A stretch of 14,706 bases of DNA from Coleofasciculus chthonoplastes F2-STO-03 (GCA_040222015.1 JAVJWO010000006.1:1-14706), one strand, 5' to 3'; positions 1 to 8,485 are shown, numbered from the stretch's first letter. Notes: generated from the letters alone by a model not told the origin. Program-made: numbers and translations.

Positions 1-216
1 TGTGGGCATTGTGGTTGGCATGGAGATGCCGACTTTAATGGAGCCAATAATATTGCACTTGTGGGGCTGTCTATAAACCAGCCTGGAGGCACGGGGTTAT
101 CGTGCAAGCTAAGCCGAACTATTAAGTATGTTCAGCGTTCGACTGAGCGCTCACGCCGAAGTCTTAGCTTGTTTGATGACTTCAGGGCTACTAAAAACCC
201 AGACCTCAGCTCTTAG
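1..216 (+). CDS. tnpB: TnpB (IS200/IS605-family RNA-guided endonuclease), C-terminal part; 5' end lies outside the window
   Basis: Manual translation of frame 1 from base 1 gives CGHCGWHGDADFNGANNIALVG...PDLSS* (TAG 214-216). CxxCG followed by DADxNxAxNI is the zinc-ribbon/RuvC-III end of TnpB. Not in the ORF track because it has no start in the window. Confidence 0.9.
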   Translation, partial: CGHCGWHGDADFNGANNIALVGLSINQPGGTGLSCKLSRTIKYVQRSTERSRRSLSLFDDFRATKNPDLSS

Positions 217-252
217 CAGGTCTGGGTAGTTTATCCTATCGATTTTACAGGC
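100..252 (+). ncRNA. Putative TnpB omega RNA (scaffold overlapping the tnpB 3' end, with guide from flanking DNA); boundaries approximate
   Basis: Known architecture of TnpB loci. Visible stems are AAGCTAAG (106-113) / CTTAGCTT (163-170) and the 197-227 hairpin. The 5' boundary cannot be determined from sequence alone. Confidence 0.5.
137..163. repeat. Small dispersed repeat (SDR-like, about 27 nt) inside the tnpB 3' end
   Basis: GTTCGACTGAGCGCTCACGCCGAAGTC contains the palindrome TGAGCGCTCA, reads in frame as RSTERSRRS, and resembles cyanobacterial small dispersed repeats (recognised from memory). Confidence 0.55.
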
Positions 253-426
253 TATCTGCGATCGATTTGCGATCTCTATGAACAGTGGTGGAAGCTTGAC
301 AAACTGACGGATACGATATATAAGCAACAGGATGCATCAGGAAACCCGCGATCGCCCTTTCAGTTTAATTTAACGGTACAGCGCCTCAAACCGCCGCCAC
401 AGGAAGGAAACGAAACACCAGAGACG

Positions 427-3400
427 TTGCCCATTTTAACCGGATTACGTCAATATTCGGCAAACCATGTCCTGTTAGTTGGGCAGCCCGGTTCAGGGAA
501 ATCGACGGCATTAATTCAGTTTTTGGTAGAACAAGCCAAACAAGCCCTTTCTCACCCCCAGAATCCGATTCCTGTATTGGTGCAATTACGACAGTTTAAA
601 CCATCAGAAACTCATCATTCAGGGGTATTATATCTGATTCAAGATTTCTTAGAAATCCACGAGTTGCTACTTGAAATTTCGGATATCAAAAATCTGCTAC
701 GTAATCGGCGATTATTTCTGCTGTTCGATGGGTTAAATGAGTTACCTAGCAACTCATGCCGACGATATTTAAAAGCATTTCGCCAGAAATATCCGCATCT
801 ACCCATGATTTTTACCACACGAAATTTGGGCGAAGGCGGGGACTTATATATTCGCACTCACTTAGAAATCGAACCCCTGAATCCGTTACAAATAAAACAA
901 TTTATTCACTATTCTATGATAGGGCAAAATAAACAAACTTTACAACAGTTATCCAATCACTGGCGAGAATTGGGTCAGACGCCGTTTGTAATGGAAATGC
1001 TGTCTTTCCTCGTTCATAAAACAGGGCATATTCCCTCTAGCCTAGCCGAAACATTGCGTCAGTTTACGCAGTTATATGAACGTGGATATAAAGAAGATGT
1101 ACCTGTTTCCGATGAGTCTCGGCGCTGGTGGTCTAAATTACTGGAAAAGCTAGCATTTGAAATGATGCAGGGAGACAATCATACCGATTTTAGGTTAAGT
1201 ATTCCTCGTCGAGATGTTGAAATAATTTTTATTGAATTTTTACAAGAAAAGGTAAAGTATCCAGATGATTTGGCAATCCGTTGCTTAGAGGACTTACTCA
1301 AACATCATTTAATTGTTCGTAGTCAGCGCTTTAGCGCTTCTGGCACTGAAGTACCTACTACGAACCTTGTTAGTAGTGAGCGCTTTAGCGCTTCTGGCAC
1401 TAAAGTGCCTACTACGAACGTAGAATTTTCTCATCAACTGATTCAAGAATACTATGCGGCTGAGTATCTGCTATCGTGGCAAAAGATTCTCGAACTCAAT
1501 GATAATCAATTAAAACAAGACTATTTAAATTATTTGAAATGGACAGAACCGTTGGCGTTAATGTTGGCATTAGTTGACAATAAAGCGCAGGCGGTGCGTA
1601 TGGTTAAATTAGCGCTAGAGGTCGATTTGCGGTTAGGTGCAAGATTAGCTGGGGCAGTTAAACCCGAATTTCAAGAAAAGACTGTGGGTTTAGTGGCTCA
1701 ATTAACTGTTACGGAAGCGGTGAAAACACATTTGTTGGGAATAACCCGATCAGAATGGGCAATTGAAGCGCTAATTCCTGGCTTATCGAGTGAAGACTAT
1801 TATATCCGGTGGAGTGCCGTTAATGGGTTGGGTCAAATTAGCTCAGAATCGGTTATTGATGCACTTGAACCAGCTTTGATAGATGAAGATTACGGGATGC
1901 GTTGGACTGTGGCGGAAGTATTAGGAAAAATTGGTACAGAGAAAGCGATTGAACAATTGCGTCAACTAGCTTTCGATAAATATTGTAGTCAATATGTGGT
2001 AGAAGTATTAGGAAATATTGGCTCGGAATCAGCAATTGAACTATTAGGTGAGGTTTTGTTCAGTCAGGATAGATCGATGCATTGGTGTGCCGCTGAAGCC
2101 TTGGCAAATATTGGCACAGAATCTGCTATTAATTTACTCCATAAAGCGTTGTTTTATAGTGATATTGACTTGAGCTATAATGCGGCAAATGCACTGGGTA
2201 TAATTGATAAATTCAGGGCAATTGAGTTACTGACACAAGCATTAGAACATGAACAAAAATCGGTTCGCAGTCATGCCGCTTTTGTCTTAGTACAAAAGTC
2301 GAATGAAGCAGTTATTCCAGTGCTATGTCAGATTTTAGCAAATTTTGATGATGAGATCGCGTACCAAGCCATTAATAGCTTATCAAGTATAGGTACTGAA
2401 GCCACAATTCCTGGATTACATCAAGCGTTGTTCCATCCAAACTACCAAATTCGTAGGCGGGCGCTTAAAGGATTATTGGATATTGGTACAGCCGCAACGA
2501 TTCCAGCCCTGAGTGATGCATTGCGCGATCGCTATTTAGAACGAGAGAGCCGGATTACTGAGGTATTAAAAGAGATTGGCACATCAGACGCGATCGCGGT
2601 ATTAAAACAGGCTTTATTTAGTGATAATTATCATACCCATGAATATGCGGCTGAGGCGTTAGGAAGTATTTGTTCTGAAGAAACGATTAAGATTCTGATC
2701 CAAGCTTTATCTCATCCCAAGCATTCTGTACGCTGTTCTGTTGTTAAGGTATTGGGAAATATAGGCTGTAAATCCGCTATTCCAGAATTAATCAAAGCCT
2801 TACAAGATAAAGAGAGTTCCGTTCGGCACAGTGCGGCTAAAGCCTTAGAAACTATTGCTGATTCAGAGGCTGTTCCCGCGTTAATTCAGGCGTTACACGA
2901 TGAAGATTATCCTGTTCGTTGTCGTGCGGTTGAGGCGTTAGGAACCATTGGCGCACCGGAAGCTGTTTCTGCTTTAGTTGATGTTTGGCAGGATCAATCT
3001 GCTTGTGTACATAAAATTGTGGCTGAAGCGTTAGGTAAAATCGGCACGACAGAGGCAATTAAGGCGTTACGGCAAGCCTTATTGAATGACAATGAATTTA
3101 TTCGTTGGGATGCGGCTAAGGTATTACAAGAAATCGGCGGATCGGAACTATTACCTGATTTGTTTCAAATGCTAGCAAAAACAACCTGCGATCGCACGCC
3201 CGATATACTTGATGTAATATACGCTATTCAAGACCGTTATCAATTTTATAACCAATCTGTAGCTGAATCTTCACCATCGCTTCCGGATCAGTCTGGCGAG
3301 CCCTTGATAAATAGTCTAAAAACAATCATTCAAATCCTCAAAACTATGTCAAACAACCCTACCAATAATTTCCAAGGTGCTACTTTTAACGGCATCAACG

Positions 3401-3726
3401 GGAGTGTTACTGGAGATATCGTCGGCGATAATATTGGCAGTCAAAACAACTACCCCGCCGAACAAAGACAAACACTTACTGAAGCCGCCGCCGAGATTCA
3501 GCAATTATTAGCACAACTGAAAAACTCTAACCCAACCTTAACTGAATCTGAAAGACAAAGTGTTGTTATCGAAGCCATTAACCAAGAAATAAAAAGCAAT
3601 CCAACCTTTAAGCAGCGACTACAAAGTGCGTTAAAAGCAGGTGGTATTGAGGCATTAAAGTCACTATTTCCTGCCGTCAATATTCCCATTGAAACCATTA
3701 AAGGCTGGATGGAGGCTGAATCCTGA
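427..3726 (+). CDS. NACHT/STAND NTPase with PBS-lyase-type HEAT repeats (NLR-like); probably 5'-truncated, since the frame is open from 217
   Basis: Walker A GQPGSGKST, Walker B LFLLFDGLNE, IFTTR, winged-helix FSHQLIQEYYAA, then many HEAT repeats (e.g. VRHSAAKALETIADSEAVPALIQALHDED). The called start is TTG, but family-like sequence continues upstream in frame to about 235. Confidence 0.9.
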   Translation: MPILTGLRQYSANHVLLVGQPGSGKSTALIQFLVEQAKQALSHPQNPIPVLVQLRQFKPSETHHSGVLYLIQDFLEIHELLLEISDIKNLLRNRRLFLLFDGLNELPSNSCRRYLKAFRQKYPHLPMIFTTRNLGEGGDLYIRTHLEIEPLNPLQIKQFIHYSMIGQNKQTLQQLSNHWRELGQTPFVMEMLSFLVHKTGHIPSSLAETLRQFTQLYERGYKEDVPVSDESRRWWSKLLEKLAFEMMQGDNHTDFRLSIPRRDVEIIFIEFLQEKVKYPDDLAIRCLEDLLKHHLIVRSQRFSASGTEVPTTNLVSSERFSASGTKVPTTNVEFSHQLIQEYYAAEYLLSWQKILELNDNQLKQDYLNYLKWTEPLALMLALVDNKAQAVRMVKLALEVDLRLGARLAGAVKPEFQEKTVGLVAQLTVTEAVKTHLLGITRSEWAIEALIPGLSSEDYYIRWSAVNGLGQISSESVIDALEPALIDEDYGMRWTVAEVLGKIGTEKAIEQLRQLAFDKYCSQYVVEVLGNIGSESAIELLGEVLFSQDRSMHWCAAEALANIGTESAINLLHKALFYSDIDLSYNAANALGIIDKFRAIELLTQALEHEQKSVRSHAAFVLVQKSNEAVIPVLCQILANFDDEIAYQAINSLSSIGTEATIPGLHQALFHPNYQIRRRALKGLLDIGTAATIPALSDALRDRYLERESRITEVLKEIGTSDAIAVLKQALFSDNYHTHEYAAEALGSICSEETIKILIQALSHPKHSVRCSVVKVLGNIGCKSAIPELIKALQDKESSVRHSAAKALETIADSEAVPALIQALHDEDYPVRCRAVEALGTIGAPEAVSALVDVWQDQSACVHKIVAEALGKIGTTEAIKALRQALLNDNEFIRWDAAKVLQEIGGSELLPDLFQMLAKTTCDRTPDILDVIYAIQDRYQFYNQSVAESSPSLPDQSGEPLINSLKTIIQILKTMSNNPTNNFQGATFNGINGSVTGDIVGDNIGSQNNYPAEQRQTLTEAAAEIQQLLAQLKNSNPTLTESERQSVVIEAINQEIKSNPTFKQRLQSALKAGGIEALKSLFPAVNIPIETIKGWMEAES
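1315..1419. repeat. Two tandem 51-bp REPIN-like units (54-bp period), in frame within the NACHT gene
   Basis: Units 1315-1365 and 1369-1419. Ends are GTT(C/A)GTAGT...ACTACGAAC (inverted), with internal near-palindromes AGCGCTTTAGCGCT and GCACTAAAGTGC. Protein reads VRSQRFSASGTEVPTTNL VSSERFSASGTKVPTTN. Confidence 0.9.
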
Positions 3727-3878
3727 TCCGTTTACCCGTCTACTCTAAAAAGGCAGCACTCTACCTTATTTCTACCTCAACTTGACATGATATTAAGCCA
3801 TTACACAATACTCTCACCGAGAACAGAACGTTTTGCTGAACTGGCTCTGGATAGGTAACTTTTAATCATAAGCCATCG

Positions 3879-4391
3879 CTATGATTTTTTTTGTGGCTGT
3901 CTTGAGACATCATTCTGTGTAGATTCTGTCCAATATAAATTAGGACAAAGTAGATAATCCAATGGCAATTTTAATCCGGTTAACTCCATATTTGGAATTG
4001 TTGCACATTGGTCGAAGCTGAAACCAATTTTCGCCTCATGATCAATTATATGTAACTCTCGGATTACCTGAACCTCAAACAACATTCTTAATGTTTTTAC
4101 CGACAAAAAACCATTTTCATGCAGAAAAATTCCTAATGGCAAAGAATTATTGTATGCACTTTTTATGACTCGTTTAAGAGTTGTTTCTTTAACTAAAGAA
4201 ACTTCTAGAATTAGAGAGTACAATCCTAATCCATCAGTGCGGTGACTTGCCGCGACTAAACACCCTTTATTTAGCCAAAAAAAATGATTGGTTTTGTATA
4301 CCAACATTAGTAAGCCTGTTTTATGGCTGATCTGTAAATATTTAATGATTTCATCCAAAAAAAAATCCGTTAAATCGCCATTAATACTCAT
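3879..4391 (-). CDS. DUF4388 / PATAN-like domain protein (stand-alone)
   Basis: N-terminus MSINGDLTDFFLDEIIKYLQISHKTGLL...FFWLNKGCLVAAS and PLGIFL match the G-L-DF-L-EI...KTG-L pattern of DUF4388 proteins. No receiver domain. AT-rich. Confidence 0.7.
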   Translation of the reverse strand: MSINGDLTDFFLDEIIKYLQISHKTGLLMLVYKTNHFFWLNKGCLVAASHRTDGLGLYSLILEVSLVKETTLKRVIKSAYNNSLPLGIFLHENGFLSVKTLRMLFEVQVIRELHIIDHEAKIGFSFDQCATIPNMELTGLKLPLDYLLCPNLYWTESTQNDVSRQPQKKS

Positions 4392-4537
4392 TGAATTAAA
4401 CCGATAAAGACTTAGAAAAACTCATTAATTGATGCCAGTATACTGTCTTAAAAAAATAATTGAGTAATAATCAGTGATTACTGTTTCAATCAATTACCGT
4501 TCATATTAATTTATCTCAATCTATTTGCCATTAGACT

Positions 4538-4831
4538 TTAGGAATAGAGAACATCTGCCAAAGTGAATAAATGAAGCTGCCATTTTGCCTCTAGGGGTTG
4601 GGCAATTGCCGCAAATGCTGGGTCAATCAACCGTGGTAGGTTAAAATTGTCTAATTGCCACTCAATGCGGGTGAGAAATAGCCCGGTGTCAAAGTCAGTG
4701 TGCTGGTCTGCATGAATGATATTGCCGCCGTTAGCATAAATCAAATTGGCAAACTTGGCAACTAATCCCGGTTGATCAGGACAGGAGATTAGCAGCGTAG
4801 CCGTTTGGGGTTGATGCTCTCCCTTGCTCAT
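4538..4831 (-). pseudogene. purU: Formyltetrahydrofolate deformylase, N-terminal ACT domain only (truncated)
   Basis: TATLLISCPDQPGLVAKFANLIYANGGNIIHADQHTDFDTGLFLTRIEWQL is the PurU ACT domain. Similarity stops at WQLH and the ORF ends at 97 aa, against about 280 aa for full PurU. Confidence 0.85.
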
Positions 4832-4940
4832 TTTTTTCCCTTGAGCTGAAATTCATCGCTGAGAATGCAGTAATTCTATCAATTTATTCAGTAAAAATTG
4901 TATAGGCTAAACCAGAAAACCCTTATCGACGCTTTCCTTG

Positions 4941-5711
4941 ATGAATCTAAAGCCGATGACACCGCCAATCATTGGAATTACCACCTATAACTACAAGCCA
5001 ACGGGAAACTTTTATTCCCCGGCGGGTTATACTCAGGCAGTCCAGTCTGCTGGAGGGATACCCATTTTGCTTCCGCCTGTTCAATCTGATCCCACCGTTT
5101 TGCTGAACCAGGTGGATGGGTTAATTTTTACAGGTGGGGGTGATATCGATCCAGATTTCTACAACGGTTCCCCTCATCCGACAATTTATGGTACTGATCC
5201 GGAACGAGATCAGGCTGAATTGGCACTCGCGAAACTAGCATTGGCAAAACAAAAACCTGTTTTGGGGATTTGTCGCGGCTTAGAAGTGCTGATGGTAGCA
5301 AGTGGGGGAGATTTAGTCCCCCATCTGCCAGAGGAATTTGGGGAAGATATCCGGCATCGAGAGGAAATGCTGAAACCGAGTCAGCATAAGGTGCGGATTT
5401 ATCCCGATAGCCGACTGTCTCTAATCCTGGGAAAGGAGGAACTTACCGTTGTCTCTTGGCACCATCAAGCCGTGCGTACCCTACCTCGCGGTTGGCAGAT
5501 TGTCGCTAAAGCTGCTGATGGCTTAATTGAAGCATTAGAACACAAACAGCATCCTTTTGCGATCGCGCTGCAATGGCATCCGGAACTCTCCCTCCCAGAT
5601 TCGAGACATTTTGCCATTTTCCAAGCATTGATTCAAGCCGCAAGCTTTGATCAAGACGAATTAAACCCCAATAGTTTTTATTTGCAGACGACAGGCTGGG
5701 GATGTGGATAA
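4941..5711 (+). CDS. Peptidase C26 / gamma-glutamyl-gamma-aminobutyrate hydrolase family (class I glutamine amidotransferase)
   Basis: PIIGIT, DGLIFTGGGDIDP, catalytic LGICRG, SWHHQAV and LQWHPE motifs. The start could be ATG 4941 or ATG 4956. Confidence 0.92.
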   Translation: MNLKPMTPPIIGITTYNYKPTGNFYSPAGYTQAVQSAGGIPILLPPVQSDPTVLLNQVDGLIFTGGGDIDPDFYNGSPHPTIYGTDPERDQAELALAKLALAKQKPVLGICRGLEVLMVASGGDLVPHLPEEFGEDIRHREEMLKPSQHKVRIYPDSRLSLILGKEELTVVSWHHQAVRTLPRGWQIVAKAADGLIEALEHKQHPFAIALQWHPELSLPDSRHFAIFQALIQAASFDQDELNPNSFYLQTTGWGCG

Positions 5712-5837
5712 GCTGTTCGGCATTTAAACCTTAACGTCAATAATTGCTCTCATCCTTGTAGTGCGTTAAGCGAAGCCATGCCGCAGGCTTTGCATCTTGC
5801 TCGCTACTAATACCCAATTTAAATGCATGACAGCTTA
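5709..5837. mobile_element. MITE with about 20-bp terminal inverted repeats and a TA target duplication
   Basis: TAAGCTGTTCGGCATTTAAA (5709-5728) matches the reverse complement of TTTAAATGCATGACAGCTTA (5818-5837) at 17/20. The homologous empty site GTGGA-TA-GGGTTGATTT is present at 8661-8677. Confidence 0.85.
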
Positions 5838-5850
5838 GGGTAGATTTGTC

Positions 5851-5878
5851 TTATGTCTTATGTCTTATGTCTTATGTC
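5851..5878. repeat. Heptamer tandem repeat (TTATGTC)x4, STRR-like
   Basis: Four exact copies, directly visible. Heptamer repeats are typical of filamentous cyanobacteria. Confidence 0.9.
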
Positions 5879-5933
5879 AAAACACTGATTTCACGGATTT
5901 GTCCCCCGAACGCGGTAGATTCAATGTCAGATC

Positions 5934-5939
5934 TATAAT
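5934..5939 (+). promoter_or_regulatory. Possible -10 element for the NrtA/CmpA-like gene
   Basis: Consensus TATAAT 23 nt upstream of the ATG at 5963, with a GAGGA Shine-Dalgarno-like motif between them. Confidence 0.4.
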
Positions 5940-5962
5940 TTATTGGGTGAGGATAAAAGAAC

Positions 5963-7306
5963 ATGAAGCGCCGCCATTTTCTCAAATACACCAGTCTGGC
6001 AAGCACAGGATTAGCCTTTGCCGCTTGTAACTCGGGGAATCTATCCACCTCCCAAAAGAATAACTCTGCTGAGTCGCTATCCGTCTCAAATTCTGACTTT
6101 GGCAAACTCGAAAAAACGTACCTCAACCTCGGCATTATCCCGATTACCGAAAGTGCGCCCTTGGTTATCGCCCAAGAACTAGGCTTTTTTGCTCGCTATG
6201 GACTAAACGTTAGCCTGAGTAAGCAAGAGAATTGGAATCAAATTCAGGATGGCTTACTCGACTACCAGTTAGATGCAGCTCAAGCCTTGTATGGAATGCC
6301 AATGATGGCACAATTAGGAGCAGAAGCCGCCCCCATGGTTGCCCTGATGGTACTCAATCTTCATGGCAGCAGCATTACCTTATCTCCCAAAGCCTGGGAT
6401 GCTGGAATTCGACCAGCAATTGAATATTTCACCTTTCAGGAGTTTGCCGATTCCTATCGCCAATATGTTCGCAAATTCCAGGAACCGCCTATCTTTGCTA
6501 CTGAGTCAAATGCTTCGATGGATTATTACATTAGCCGTTATTGGCTAGCCGCCATGGGAATTAATCCCGAAAGTGAGGTTGAATTTATGGAGATTGCCCC
6601 CTCACAAATGATTTATAAAATCCAAGCAGGAGTTATGGATGCTTATGGCAGCAGTGAACCGTGGAACCAACAGACGGTTTTGCAGGGAAATGGATTTACC
6701 GCTAATGTCTCGCGGAATATTTGGACGGGTCATCCGGGAAATGTACTAGCCACAATGCAAGCCTGGGTAGACGAACATCCCGCAACCGCTAGAGCTTTAG
6801 TGGCGGCGATTCTAGAAGCCTGTCAGTTTTGCGAGCAAGCCAAAAATCGCCGCGAAGTTGCCCAAATTATTGCCCAAAGCAGGTATCTGGATACGGATCA
6901 GGAATATATAGAACCTGCTTTATTGGGTAACTATGATTATGGTGGTTTTGATAACCAGGAACGGCTGGAGACGATTCCTGATTTTTATCGGTTTTATGGT
7001 CAAAATAGCGATGATCCAGAGAAGCCGCATCCAATTAACTATCCCTGGCGTTCTCATGGGATTTGGTTGCTCACTCAGATGATTCGCTGGGGTCAAATTG
7101 AGCAACAAGATTATCCCAAAGATGCTGATCAAATATTAGAGGAAATTTACCCGTTAGACATTTATACAGAGGTAGCTGAGGCATTGAAAATTGAGCTGCC
7201 GAGTGATCCGATGAAAGTGGAACCCGCCACCGTTTTTATTGATCAACGCCAATTTGATCCGAGTGATCCGATTGCTTATCTCAATAATTTTGAGATTCAG
7301 GCATAA
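5963..7306 (+). CDS. CmpA/NrtA-family ABC transporter substrate-binding lipoprotein
   Basis: Twin-arginine signal MKRRHFLK, lipobox FAAC, LEKTYLNLGIIPITESAPLVIAQELGFF, EPWNQ, YPWRSHGIWLLTQMIRWG and C-terminal FIDQRQFDPSDPIAYL. Confidence 0.9.
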   Translation: MKRRHFLKYTSLASTGLAFAACNSGNLSTSQKNNSAESLSVSNSDFGKLEKTYLNLGIIPITESAPLVIAQELGFFARYGLNVSLSKQENWNQIQDGLLDYQLDAAQALYGMPMMAQLGAEAAPMVALMVLNLHGSSITLSPKAWDAGIRPAIEYFTFQEFADSYRQYVRKFQEPPIFATESNASMDYYISRYWLAAMGINPESEVEFMEIAPSQMIYKIQAGVMDAYGSSEPWNQQTVLQGNGFTANVSRNIWTGHPGNVLATMQAWVDEHPATARALVAAILEACQFCEQAKNRREVAQIIAQSRYLDTDQEYIEPALLGNYDYGGFDNQERLETIPDFYRFYGQNSDDPEKPHPINYPWRSHGIWLLTQMIRWGQIEQQDYPKDADQILEEIYPLDIYTEVAEALKIELPSDPMKVEPATVFIDQRQFDPSDPIAYLNNFEIQA

Positions 7307-7328
7307 TAGTTCAAGGATACTACTGGGT

Positions 7329-8450
7329 TTAAAAACGTTTTTTGGCGCGATAAAAGGGTTTTTTCACAACAACGGCGGGATAAGTCTTACCGCGAATTTC
7401 TACTTCTAACTGTTGACCTATTTTGGCTAGAGATGTGGGACAATAGGCAAGCGCGATCGCTTTCCCTAGTGTGGGTGAATAGGTACCACTCGTCACCTCT
7501 CCCACAACCTTGCCATCAGATAGCACCGAATATCCATGACGGGCGATATGTCGTCCCTGCATTTCAATCCCGACTAACCGACGTTCCACACCCTTGGCTT
7601 TTTGGGCATCTAAGACAGAACGTCCGATAAAATCGCCTTGACGATCCAAATGCACTAGCCAACTTAAACCGGCTTCTAGGGGAGTCGTCGTATTATCAAT
7701 ATCTTGTCCATAAAGTGCCAACCCTGCTTCTAGTCGCAACGTATCCCTCGCCCCCAAGCCGCAGGGAGTCACCCCAACCTGGAACAGACGCCGCCACAGT
7801 TCTACCCCAATCTCCGGTTTAACCATCACCTCAAACCCATCTTCGCCAGTGTACCCTGTCCTGGCGATAAATCCGGGTTGATCTAGAATCGTTGCATTCA
7901 GATGTCCAAAGGATTTCAGTGCGGTTAAGTCTTCCTGGACAAACGGCTGTAAGTAAGTCTCAGCTTGGGGTCCTTGTAAAGCAATTAAGACGTTTTCCTG
8001 AGAAAGATCGAGTAACTTTACCCCCATGTTGTCCAATTGGGCTAACAACCATTCTTTATCCTTCTGACAAGTCGCCGCATTAACAATCATCATCGCCTGC
8101 GGTGCGCCTGTTTCATCCTCCCCTTGGTGGTAAACAATCACATCATCAATGATTCCCCCTTGAGGATTCAGTAACACCGTGTATTGGGCTTGACCGGGTT
8201 GTAATCGACTCAAATCTGAGGGGACGAATCGCTGTAACGCTTGCCATAGCTGCTTCCCGGTAAAGGCAAATTTACCCATGTGGGAGATATCGAACATACC
8301 GGCATTGGTGCGTACTGCTTCGTGTTCTTGTCCGATGCTGCTGTATTGGACAGGCATTTCCCAACCGGAAAAGCCGGTGAAGCGGGCATTTTGTTCAACC
8401 GCGAGGTCAAATAGGGGAGTTCTTGCCAGAGAAGGTTTTGACTTAGCCAC
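7329..8450 (-). CDS. gcvT: Glycine cleavage system aminomethyltransferase T
   Basis: RTPL..GWEMPVQY..EHEAVR..GMFDISHMG, ARTGYTGEDGFE, GLGARDTLRLEAG, GEVTSGT, VVKKPFY. Likely start is GTG at 8450 (373 aa), not the track's 8567. Confidence 0.96.
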   Translation of the reverse strand: MAKSKPSLARTPLFDLAVEQNARFTGFSGWEMPVQYSSIGQEHEAVRTNAGMFDISHMGKFAFTGKQLWQALQRFVPSDLSRLQPGQAQYTVLLNPQGGIIDDVIVYHQGEDETGAPQAMMIVNAATCQKDKEWLLAQLDNMGVKLLDLSQENVLIALQGPQAETYLQPFVQEDLTALKSFGHLNATILDQPGFIARTGYTGEDGFEVMVKPEIGVELWRRLFQVGVTPCGLGARDTLRLEAGLALYGQDIDNTTTPLEAGLSWLVHLDRQGDFIGRSVLDAQKAKGVERRLVGIEMQGRHIARHGYSVLSDGKVVGEVTSGTYSPTLGKAIALAYCPTSLAKIGQQLEVEIRGKTYPAVVVKKPFYRAKKRF

Positions 8451-8479
8451 AGATAGTCTTGAGTCACAATGTTTTTCAT

Positions 8480-8485
8480 ATTCTA
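8480..8485 (-). promoter_or_regulatory. Possible -10 element for gcvT
   Basis: TAGAAT on the minus strand about 30 nt upstream of the GTG at 8450. Confidence 0.4.

Larger units (their letters stand above)
1..234 (+). mobile_element. IS200/IS605-family element, right end
   Basis: tnpB 3' end plus a subterminal hairpin ACCCAGACCT (197-206) / AGGTCTGGGT (218-227), followed by AGTTTAT. NACHT-gene-like coding sequence begins abruptly at about 235. The exact end is inferred. Confidence 0.8.

Noticed and set aside
1..3726. TnpB-NACHT fusion by read-through, since tnpB and the NACHT gene share frame 1 and are separated by a single TAG (214-216)
   Set aside because: Same frame is a one-in-three coincidence. 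The junction is the IS end hairpin and no recoding signal is evident.
4832..5962. NtcA box (GTA-N8-TAC) upstream of the C26 or NrtA-like genes
   Set aside because: No correctly spaced match found by eye in the intergenic regions.
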